A stretch of DNA of 64,000 bases from Eubacteriales bacterium (GTDB lineage Bacteria; Bacillota; Clostridia; Oscillospirales; CAG-272), in the NCBI GenBank assembly GCA_045652425.1, contig JAZRUG010000017.1, positions 16,003-80,002 on the forward strand. The letters are read 5' to 3'. Positions 45,954-54,235 of this stretch are shown in pieces. Numbering within the stretch: position 1 is the first letter of the stretch; each line of letters opens with the position of its first letter. The notes beneath the pieces are model-generated. The model saw only the letters and a list, made by a program, of their open reading frames with translations. It was not told the origin of the DNA and searched no databases. The position numbers and the translations under genes were made by a program.

Positions 45954-47273
45954 ATGTTAGATAACAGAACACAAAAATATGCCGATACTTTAGCCGAATT
46001 AATCCGTATGGACACTACGTCATACGACGAGCAAACGGACAAAACGGCTTTTTATCAGTTTCATAAATTGCTGAAAGAAAAATTCCCCCATATTTTTTCC
46101 GTAGTCGAATATGAGGATTTTTCCGGAAGCTTTCTGCTTAAATGGAAAGGTGATAAAAGCCAAGCCCCTATTTTGCTCATGAATCACCATGACGTCGTTG
46201 CTGCAACGGGCGAGTGGCGTTTTCCTGCTTTTTCGGGAGAAATTGCCGACGGAAAAATTTGGGGACGAGGTACCCTTGATGACAAGGGCGGCCTTTGGGC
46301 TATGCTTCAAGCGGCAGACGAACTTGCTATGGAAGGCTTTGTTCCCAAACGTGATATATACTTTATGTCCACCTGCACCGAGGAGCAAACCGGACTCGGT
46401 GCGGATATTATTTCAGCCGAGTTAAAGGAAAGAGGTATTCGCTTTGATATGGTGCTTGATGAGGGCGGTATGATCGTATCCGAACCCATTTCAGGCGCAG
46501 TCGGTAAGTACGCTATGGTGGGCGTAGGCGAAAAAGGCTGTGTTGACTTAAGATTTACAGCTCGTTCGGAAGGCGGACACGCATCCACCCCCGAAAGCAA
46601 TACTCCCCTTGTAAGATTGGGTAAGTTTATGGCAGAGGTTGACAACGGTAAGCAGTTTAAGTCCGAATTATCTCCCACTGTATGCACTACCTTCAATCGC
46701 ATTTCAAGGGGAATGAAAGGTCCGGTAAAGTTTCTTCTCCAAAATGCCAAACTATTCAAAGGTTTGCTTTCCATTGTAATCCCCAAGATATCGGCAGCGG
46801 CAGGAGCTATGCTAAAAACTACAATCGCTTTTACCATGTGTTCGGGTTCAACAGAGTCCAACGTATTGCCCGAAAAGGCTTGGGTTCTCGGTGATATGCG
46901 TTATTCTCATCACCAAGGAAGTAAGGACAGTATTCGCGTTATTACCGAAATAGCTAAAAAATATAACATTGAAACCGAGATTGTCGGTCCCGTATTTGAT
47001 TCACCCATCTCCGATACTGAAAGCTACGCTTTTAAGACGGTAACAAGAGCAATTGAAAAAATATTCCCCGACGTTGTGACAACCCCCTATATTATGATGG
47101 GAGCAAGTGACAGCCGTTATCTCAGCAGAGTATGCGACAACTGTATTCGCTTCTCCCCATTTACAATCAACAACGAACAGCTTGACAGCGTTCACGCAGT
47201 TAACGAAAATCTTGACCTCTCTTGTCTATCCCCCGCTGTTGATTTTTATCGTTTAATAATTACGGAGGCTTAA
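45954..47273 (+). CDS. M20-family metallopeptidase
   Basis: LLMNHHDVV...GRGTLDDKG...CTEEQTG...DEGG motifs. Start at ATG 45954 behind GGAG. Confidence 0.85.
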   Translation: MLDNRTQKYADTLAELIRMDTTSYDEQTDKTAFYQFHKLLKEKFPHIFSVVEYEDFSGSFLLKWKGDKSQAPILLMNHHDVVAATGEWRFPAFSGEIADGKIWGRGTLDDKGGLWAMLQAADELAMEGFVPKRDIYFMSTCTEEQTGLGADIISAELKERGIRFDMVLDEGGMIVSEPISGAVGKYAMVGVGEKGCVDLRFTARSEGGHASTPESNTPLVRLGKFMAEVDNGKQFKSELSPTVCTTFNRISRGMKGPVKFLLQNAKLFKGLLSIVIPKISAAAGAMLKTTIAFTMCSGSTESNVLPEKAWVLGDMRYSHHQGSKDSIRVITEIAKKYNIETEIVGPVFDSPISDTESYAFKTVTRAIEKIFPDVVTTPYIMMGASDSRYLSRVCDNCIRFSPFTINNEQLDSVHAVNENLDLSCLSPAVDFYRLIITEA

Positions 47274-47279
47274 AAATTT

Positions 47280-48677
47280 ATGGAACAGAAAAAAGGTCTG
47301 AACATAAGCGTAAAATCTTTTATTACAGCATTGGTTGTAATATTTGCGCTGATGGTTGCATCGTATACGCTTACCCTGCTTATCCCCGGAGGTGAATATG
47401 CACGTATTCCCGATTCCGATGGCAATATGATTATTGATACCGAAAACGGTTTTTCCTATGTTGACGGCGGTATTGCCTTTTGGAAATGGGCTCTTTCGCC
47501 TATTCTTGTACTGGGGGCTACGGGTAATGGCACCTTGATTGCGGTTATTATCTTTTTACTTGTTATCGGCGGTGTATTTAACTCGCTCGACCGTTGTGGT
47601 CTTATGAAATATCTCCTTGATAAAATCGCTAATAAATTTGGTAAACTCCGCTATTCTCTTATGGCGGTAACCACGCTGTTCTTTATGGCTATGGGCGCTT
47701 TGATTGGCTCTTTCGAAGAATGCGTTCCCCTTGTTCCCATTGTAGTTGCTCTTTCAATCAATCTTGGTTGGGACGCTTTGACGGGCGTTGGTATGAGCCT
47801 TCTTGCCGTAGGTTGCGGTTTTGCATCGGGCGTGTTCAACCCATTTACCGTAGGCGTTGCTCAGCAATTGGCGGGACTACCTATGTTCTCGGGAGCATCT
47901 ATGCGAATTTTAGCCTTCGTTCTTATCTATTTCCTGCTATTGTTCTTCCTTAGACTGTACGCAAAAAAAATTGAAAAACCATTAAATGAGAGTATATCAG
48001 AAAGAACGTTTGTTCGCGATAACAAGATGGACAAGGGAATTATTTTCTTTGCCGTCCCCCTCGGAATAGGTATTGCAGCAATATTCTGCTCGGGATTTGT
48101 TACCGCCTTGCAGGATTATACTATGATTATCGTAGCTGTGGCGTTTCTCGTAGCCGGTATATCCGCTTGTTTGGCAACCGGTATGGGCGGGAAGGCTTTG
48201 GGTAAAACATTCTTGCAAGGCATTGTCAGCATATTCCCCGCAGTTTTGATGATTCTTATGGCTTCTTCAATCAAGTACACCTTGGAAGAAGCACAGATAT
48301 TGGATACAATACTCCACGGTGCCGTTGAGTTAGCTCAGGTAATGCCTAAATGGGCGGTTGTACTGTTTATATATCTTATAGTACTTGTAATGAATTTCTT
48401 TATTTCATCGGGCTCGGCAAAGGCATTTATGCTTATTCCCCTTATTGTGCCTATCGCGCAGGTATTTGGCATTTCCCCACAGCTTTGCATATTGGCGTTT
48501 GCCTTCGGCGACGGCTTCTCTAACGTTTTCTATCCCACCAATGCGGCGTTGCTTATAGGTTTGGGGCTAGTAGACGTAAGCTATGTAAAGTGGGTTAAGT
48601 GGTCATGGAAATTCCAAGCCGCTAACCTTATTCTTACCTCGCTTCTGCTCCTGTTCGGCTTGGCTATCGGCTATTAA
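47280..48677 (+). CDS. YfcC/DcuC-like anaerobic C4-dicarboxylate-carrier-family membrane protein
   Basis: 465-aa polytopic protein, 6 nt downstream of the M20 peptidase; this pairing is common for YfcC-family transporters. Confidence 0.7.
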   Translation: MEQKKGLNISVKSFITALVVIFALMVASYTLTLLIPGGEYARIPDSDGNMIIDTENGFSYVDGGIAFWKWALSPILVLGATGNGTLIAVIIFLLVIGGVFNSLDRCGLMKYLLDKIANKFGKLRYSLMAVTTLFFMAMGALIGSFEECVPLVPIVVALSINLGWDALTGVGMSLLAVGCGFASGVFNPFTVGVAQQLAGLPMFSGASMRILAFVLIYFLLLFFLRLYAKKIEKPLNESISERTFVRDNKMDKGIIFFAVPLGIGIAAIFCSGFVTALQDYTMIIVAVAFLVAGISACLATGMGGKALGKTFLQGIVSIFPAVLMILMASSIKYTLEEAQILDTILHGAVELAQVMPKWAVVLFIYLIVLVMNFFISSGSAKAFMLIPLIVPIAQVFGISPQLCILAFAFGDGFSNVFYPTNAALLIGLGLVDVSYVKWVKWSWKFQAANLILTSLLLLFGLAIGY

Positions 48678-48690
48678 TTATTGACTATTA

Positions 48691-48766
48691 AAAAAAACCT
48701 CGGTTTGATACTCACCCTAAAATATACTTTTAGGTACTGAATATCAAACCGAGGGATTTTTTTAAT
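48691..48766. terminator. Long bidirectional terminator hairpin
   Basis: Outer stem cctcggtttgata/tatcaaaccgagg, inner stem cctaaaa/ttttagg, with A- and T-runs on both sides. Lies between convergent genes. Confidence 0.75.
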
Positions 48767-48786
48767 ATCTTACTTCACAACAAAGG

Positions 48787-49869
48787 CTAGTTAATTTTTA
48801 AACCTTCTCTCAATGCCTTTTTTTGTTTTTTCACACTATACATATTGAAGTCAGCCTTCTGGATAACCTTTTCAAAAAAATCATTTTTTTCGCATCTTGC
48901 ATATCCTGTAGATACACTTAACTGGACCGGATCGTTCTTGAAACTATTATCAACAGCTTCATCAAAGCGTTTTATCAAACTCTCTACATCAACGCTCTTC
49001 CTTAAAACTACCGCAAACTCATCTCCGCCAATTCGGTAACACTGTCCGTAATTTTCAAAAACTATTTTAATATTTCTTGATACGATACTTAGACACTTAT
49101 CGCCATATTGATGACCGTAATTGTCATTAATAAGTTTAAAATCATCAATATCCAAAATTATCACTGTTTGATAAGCTTTTAATTCTTGTATCTTTCTCAA
49201 ATACGTACCGTGATTAAGAAGACTGGTGTGTTTGTCAAAAAGATTTGTCAACTCAAGACTGTATGCATAATAAATACATAAGCTAAAAACAACTGTGATT
49301 CTGGTTATGTAAATCTCAGCGTTAAAGACCTGGAACGAGCTTAAAAAAAGAAAACAAACACTCAATATATAGGCGAAAATTTTATGCTGTATAAAGCCTT
49401 TACGCGAATATCTAAGCGTTTCATAAAGTAAATATAACACTGCAAGAAAATATGAAACCAAATATAAAAAAAACAGATTTCCGCGATGGTAATTATTTTG
49501 AACGTCTATAAAAAACAGTTGCTTCGTTGCACTCAAAACGTTACAAGAAACAAAATATGCCAACATTCCGATTATAGCGCCTTTTATATGGTGAAATCTT
49601 CCTATGGAAACTGCAAAGAATATAATCAGTAACGGAGTCAAAAGAAATCCAAAATAATTCGACAAAAAGTGTAATTGTTTAAATTTCACATCGGAGCCAT
49701 TAAAAAATAAAGATACTACTTCACAAGCAGTTATAAATGATTCCCCTAAAAAACCAACAATGAATGCTTTTCTATGAGCTGATAAAATATATTCGTTTGT
49801 AGCAGTTAAAAACAACATACATAAAACTGCCAGATAAAGTACGACCATCGTATAAAGGTATTGCGTCAT
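48787..49869 (-). CDS. Membrane-anchored diguanylate cyclase (GGDEF)
   Basis: Six or more predicted TM helices, then DIDDFKLINDNYGHQYGD and RIGGDEF. Confidence 0.88.
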   Translation of the reverse strand: MTQYLYTMVVLYLAVLCMLFLTATNEYILSAHRKAFIVGFLGESFITACEVVSLFFNGSDVKFKQLHFLSNYFGFLLTPLLIIFFAVSIGRFHHIKGAIIGMLAYFVSCNVLSATKQLFFIDVQNNYHRGNLFFLYLVSYFLAVLYLLYETLRYSRKGFIQHKIFAYILSVCFLFLSSFQVFNAEIYITRITVVFSLCIYYAYSLELTNLFDKHTSLLNHGTYLRKIQELKAYQTVIILDIDDFKLINDNYGHQYGDKCLSIVSRNIKIVFENYGQCYRIGGDEFAVVLRKSVDVESLIKRFDEAVDNSFKNDPVQLSVSTGYARCEKNDFFEKVIQKADFNMYSVKKQKKALREGLKIN

Positions 49870-49988
49870 TTTGTGTATCTCCTATTAATTTATGCCATTT
49901 TATTATAATATAGAAACTTTTAAAAGTCAACCTAATATAAATTCAATTCAAACTATCTTACACATTTAACTATTCGCTTGTCCGGCAT

Positions 49989-50014
49989 TAAAAAAAGGCT
50001 GTAAGAAACAGCCT
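49989..50014 (-). terminator. Rho-independent terminator of the GTPase-NYN gene
   Basis: Stem aggctgt/acagcct with A-run 49989-49996 (U-run on the minus strand). Confidence 0.65.
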
Positions 50015-50032
50015 CAAAAATTCTTATCTCAA

Positions 50033-52663
50033 TCAGGATTCATTATTTTTTCTACACTGTCGGACTGTTCTCCCATAAGAATTTTTACTTTCCGAAAGCT
50101 TTCGCACAAAGTCGGTTATTTCGTTACCAATGCGTGTTAATTCTTCCAGGAATTCCTTTGATGTCATACGAGAGATACCCGAATGAACCGCAGAAAATTG
50201 CAAGAGCTTATCGTCAGTTACCATACGTATACTGTAATCGGGGCCTAATTCGTGCATCATTTTTTCAATATATGCATCTGCCGTTTGATTGGCTTTGGTA
50301 TATACGACTTTAAACCCGTCGTGCATAAACTCCGAACCCTCGCCTTTTTTTACACGATATGCATCAAACACAAGTACAAGCTCGGTCTTCGTGTATGAAA
50401 CGTAGTTGCTAAGCAAGTCCATAAGTTCATCACGCGCTTTATCTATGCTGAAAAGAGATGTCTTTTTTAGATTGTCGTCGGCGTAGATAACGTTGTAACC
50501 GTCAACGATTATCATATTTCTCTGCGAACGTATCGATTTTGACTTACTCTGCTTTTCTTTCTTGTCTGCTTTTATTACCTTGGGTTCACTGTACTGCTTA
50601 CGTTTGATTGGGCCGAACAATCGAAGCATTAAAGCTTCAAGCTCATCGTCGCTTATGCTGTATTTACGCGCCAAAGTAGATGCTTTCGGGATTATTGCCT
50701 CGCCTTTAGACAAATCATCCAAGTTAACGTCAAGATGTTTGTAGTTATCAACCTCACTCCAATGTACAGTAAAACCTGCGCCGTGGGCGCAGAATACGGA
50801 GTGTGGCGGATTATCGAGGTCTGCCTCGGGATCATACTCCGTTTTGGAAACAACCTCATCTTGATTATGGCAGGGATCATATCCGTCAGAGGTGCAAAAC
50901 AGTCTGCCCTCGCCCCTTGTATATGCAATAACTTCTTTTGTGTAATCGAAAAGCGTAGATACCGGTGCTCTTCCGCATATTGTTGTACGTTCTGTGTCCG
51001 AGCTTTCAAGCTCGAATTCTGCAAATCGTGCTTGTAAGTCAGCCATAGCTCTACCTACGCATGAAGTTGGTATCTCCAATCTGAACTTGTAGTATGGCTC
51101 AAGCAAAGTACAGCCCGATTTCATAAGCCCGTGTCTGACCGCACGGTATGTTGCTTCTCGGAAATCTCCGCCCTCGGTGTGCTTAAGATGCGCCTTCCCT
51201 GCTACAAGGGTTATTTTTGTATCTGTAAGAAGCGCCCCCGTAAGAGTGCCTCTGTGGTCTTTTTCGTAGAGATGCGTCAGTATAAGCCTCTGCCAATTAG
51301 TATCAAGGGCGTTATCGGGCAAACGCGTGTCAAATATCAGTCCCGTTCCTTTTGGCTGTGGTTCAATAAGCAACTGAACTTCTGCATAATGGCGTAACGG
51401 TTCAAAGTGACCGACACCGATAGATTTTTGTGTTGCCTTTTCTTTATATAGTATTTTGCCTGCGCCAAGGGTGCAATTGATAGAAAAACGGTCGCTTATA
51501 AGCCGTTTTATAAGCTCGGTTTGTACCTCACCCATAAGTCTTGCTTCTATCTGTGAAAGTTCCTCGTTCCACATAAGGTGCAAGGAGGGTTCTTCCTCTT
51601 CAAGCTCTTTAAGCTTTGGGAAATATAATCGTGTATCGCAATTTGGCGGAAGCTGAATAGCGTATGATAATACCGGCTCAAGCAAGGGCTTTTGAGTGTC
51701 CTGTTCAAGTCCTAATCCCTGACCGACGTATGAGAAAGAAAGCCCGATTATAGCGCAAATCTCACCGGCAAAAACCTCGTCGACCTGCTCGAACTTTTCG
51801 CCCGAATAAAGTCTTATTTGACTAATTTTTTCAGTAATACGTTCCCCATCTGCCGAAATGTAGCTTATTTCATCACGCGCGGATAATTTTCCGCTCGTTA
51901 TCTTCATATAGGTCAAACGAGTCGTGCCTATATGTGATATTTTATAAACTCTTGCGCCGAAAACTTCTTGATCATAGACAGGGGACAGGGTATATCTATC
52001 CAAGGCGTCAAGAAAATAATCTACGCCTTGCATACGTAGTGCCGAACCGAAGAAGCAAGGAAAAAGTTTGCGATTAGCTATTAAATAAGATATATCTCCG
52101 TCGTCAATATCCTCGTCTGCAAGATAACTATCCATAAAGTCTTCATGAACGAAAGCTAATTTTTCTTCAAGCTCTTTGCGTTCTTGTGCTTCCATAAAGC
52201 CGACACAAAGGTTAGACAGAATATTTGAAAGTTCTTTCTCAATATCTTCCTTTAACTTTATTGCTATATCGCATTTATTAACAAAGATAAAGGTAGGAAT
52301 GTTATAGTGTTCAAGCAGCTGCCAAAGAGTTCGGGTGTGGTTCTGTACACCGTCAGAGGCGCTGATAACAAGTATTGCATAGTCAAGAAGCGCCAAAGTT
52401 CGTTCAGTTTCTGCAGAAAAATCCACATGCCCGGGAGTGTCAAGGAGGATGAAGTCGCAGTTATCGCTTGAGAATCTTGCTTGCTTTGAAAATATGGTTA
52501 TTCCGCGTTCACGCTCAATAACGTTGGTGTCGAGATAGGTATTTTTGTGGTCTACTCTTCCCAAGGCGCGTATTTTTCCCGATGCATAAAGCAACGCTTC
52601 GCTTAAAGTTGTTTTTCCCGCATCGACGTGCGCAAGAATACCGATAGTTATTTTCTTTTTCAA
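50033..52663 (-). CDS. TetM/EF-G-like translational GTPase fused to a C-terminal Rae1/YacP-type NYN ribonuclease domain
   Basis: G-motifs AHVDAGKTT, DTPGH and NKCD, with a length compatible with EF-G domains II-V. A Lys/Ser-rich linker follows. The last ~160 aa (50033-50515) read MIIVDGYNVIY...LVFDAYRVKKG...VVYTKANQTADAYIEKM...MVTDD. Confidence 0.8.
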   Translation of the reverse strand: MKKKITIGILAHVDAGKTTLSEALLYASGKIRALGRVDHKNTYLDTNVIERERGITIFSKQARFSSDNCDFILLDTPGHVDFSAETERTLALLDYAILVISASDGVQNHTRTLWQLLEHYNIPTFIFVNKCDIAIKLKEDIEKELSNILSNLCVGFMEAQERKELEEKLAFVHEDFMDSYLADEDIDDGDISYLIANRKLFPCFFGSALRMQGVDYFLDALDRYTLSPVYDQEVFGARVYKISHIGTTRLTYMKITSGKLSARDEISYISADGERITEKISQIRLYSGEKFEQVDEVFAGEICAIIGLSFSYVGQGLGLEQDTQKPLLEPVLSYAIQLPPNCDTRLYFPKLKELEEEEPSLHLMWNEELSQIEARLMGEVQTELIKRLISDRFSINCTLGAGKILYKEKATQKSIGVGHFEPLRHYAEVQLLIEPQPKGTGLIFDTRLPDNALDTNWQRLILTHLYEKDHRGTLTGALLTDTKITLVAGKAHLKHTEGGDFREATYRAVRHGLMKSGCTLLEPYYKFRLEIPTSCVGRAMADLQARFAEFELESSDTERTTICGRAPVSTLFDYTKEVIAYTRGEGRLFCTSDGYDPCHNQDEVVSKTEYDPEADLDNPPHSVFCAHGAGFTVHWSEVDNYKHLDVNLDDLSKGEAIIPKASTLARKYSISDDELEALMLRLFGPIKRKQYSEPKVIKADKKEKQSKSKSIRSQRNMIIVDGYNVIYADDNLKKTSLFSIDKARDELMDLLSNYVSYTKTELVLVFDAYRVKKGEGSEFMHDGFKVVYTKANQTADAYIEKMMHELGPDYSIRMVTDDKLLQFSAVHSGISRMTSKEFLEELTRIGNEITDFVRKLSESKNSYGRTVRQCRKNNES

Positions 52664-52788
52664 AGCTTGTCCTCCTTTCGATTTAATATATTGGGTACTA
52701 TATCACATTTTTAAAGTATGTTCAAAAAAATTGCACCGTTTTGGTATAAGGGGGTATATATTGCTGCAATAAACAATCCCAAAATGCC

Positions 52789-54084
52789 CTATTCACCTTG
52801 GATTTGCCGTTGTTTTTTCCCGATAAGAATTTCGCGGTAAAGCTTTAGACTAAGTATTATTTCAATTATTGACAAAGCAAACATTATAGAAATAACAACT
52901 ATCAATGGATAGCCGGTAAGGATGGCGGAAAAGCTGAGTCCTACTCCCGCCGCCGCAATTTTCACCCCGAACTCCAATACGGTAAGAAGTGTCTGATGCT
53001 GTTCTTTTGGGGTTGCTTCGAAAACGACGTCTTGTATGTACAGCTTAAACGGATCCCTTATAAATAGGAGTATTGCATATCCGACGGTCATAACGGTTAT
53101 TTTTACGATGAAAACAGAGATAAATGAACCGAACAAAAGTAATCCCATGGAAGCCACAAGAAATGACGGTAGGATGACGCCCATTTGCGACTGATATTTT
53201 TTGTAAAGCTTTTCAAAAATGATGTTTGAAATAACGCGAATGATTCTGGAAATGCAGATAACCGCCCCGATTATCAACGCCGTCTTTTCCACGTCAAAAT
53301 CAAGGAGAATATTCTCCTGAATAAACAGTTTTCCCTCTCCTTGTCCATGGTTTATCAAGGAATAAAAAACTGCATAGATGATGACAGTTAATATAATGAA
53401 TTTACTGTAATGTACTTTTGTTTTTTCTTTTGTTTTGGCTTTATTCGCAATTTTGTTATAGCTCGAGCAGTCTTTCATAAAAAGCGACAGAACAACCCCC
53501 ACCGTGCAAGTTGCAATGCAGCATATCATAGGCAGGTAGTTATTAAGGTTAAACAAAAAGCTTGCCACAAACGAAATAAGCATGGTTATAACAGCATATA
53601 CGGTGTTTGCAGATGTTCTGATATGTACAAACTCTCCCCGCTTTCCCGATAATTCAAGGTTATTTTCAAGGGCAACAATGGAAGCTGTTCGCAAGATCAC
53701 AGCAATATCGTGGAATATTCTGCCAATCAATACAAGATAATAGCTTTTACCAAATGTGATAAAAACTGCAGATATCAGCAAACTTAATGCCCCCAACCTT
53801 ACGGAAGCGGTGTTGCCGATCTTTTTGATAATAAAAAGAATAGGAAACTGAAGCACAATACATGCTACTCGCGACAGAGAGGTAATAGAGACTATCTCCG
53901 CAGAAGAAAAGTTTTTTACTATAGTTAAAAACAAGGTGTCTATGGCAATGTAAAACAACAGATCCCCGGTAATGCCGGAATACCACGGAAAGAGTTTTAT
54001 ATATCGGTTTAGGCTTTTTTCCAAATCCCTTTCCCCCCTTTTTATATTCTTGCATATTGTAACACATCTTGCTTCTTTTGGCAA
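52789..54084 (-). CDS. MFS-type transporter
   Basis: About 12 predicted TM segments. The start is uncertain: TTG 54084 in the track, or TTG 54024 behind a G-rich RBS. Confidence 0.65.
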   Translation of the reverse strand: MPKEARCVTICKNIKRGERDLEKSLNRYIKLFPWYSGITGDLLFYIAIDTLFLTIVKNFSSAEIVSITSLSRVACIVLQFPILFIIKKIGNTASVRLGALSLLISAVFITFGKSYYLVLIGRIFHDIAVILRTASIVALENNLELSGKRGEFVHIRTSANTVYAVITMLISFVASFLFNLNNYLPMICCIATCTVGVVLSLFMKDCSSYNKIANKAKTKEKTKVHYSKFIILTVIIYAVFYSLINHGQGEGKLFIQENILLDFDVEKTALIIGAVICISRIIRVISNIIFEKLYKKYQSQMGVILPSFLVASMGLLLFGSFISVFIVKITVMTVGYAILLFIRDPFKLYIQDVVFEATPKEQHQTLLTVLEFGVKIAAAGVGLSFSAILTGYPLIVVISIMFALSIIEIILSLKLYREILIGKKQRQIQGE

Positions 54085-54126
54085 ATATTTTATAAAAAAA
54101 TTGTCATATACAAAATTATAAGCAAT

Positions 54127-54203
54127 ATAAAAATCGGGAATCGTTTGATTCCCGATTTTTGGTCTAAAGCTTTAGACTTGAACCAGCCTTGGCCTTTTCT
54201 GAA
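54127..54203. repeat. Terminator hairpin + tRNA-Pro 3'-end-like direct repeat, copy 1
   Basis: ataaaaatcgggaatcgtttgattcccgatttttggtctaaagctttagacttgaaccagc. 57/61 identical to 58323-58383. The TGGTCTAA...GACTTGAACCAGC part matches the 3' end of tRNA-Pro (59698-59725). Confidence 0.8.
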
Positions 54204-54235
54204 AAAAACAATTTTACAAAGCGCTCCACAACCCG

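Noticed and set aside
50033-52663. Calling the TetM-like GTPase a tetracycline-resistance gene
   Set aside because: Similarity is limited to generic translational-GTPase motifs. The gene is not on a mobile element, and it carries an unrelated NYN domain. A resistance phenotype cannot be inferred from sequence alone.
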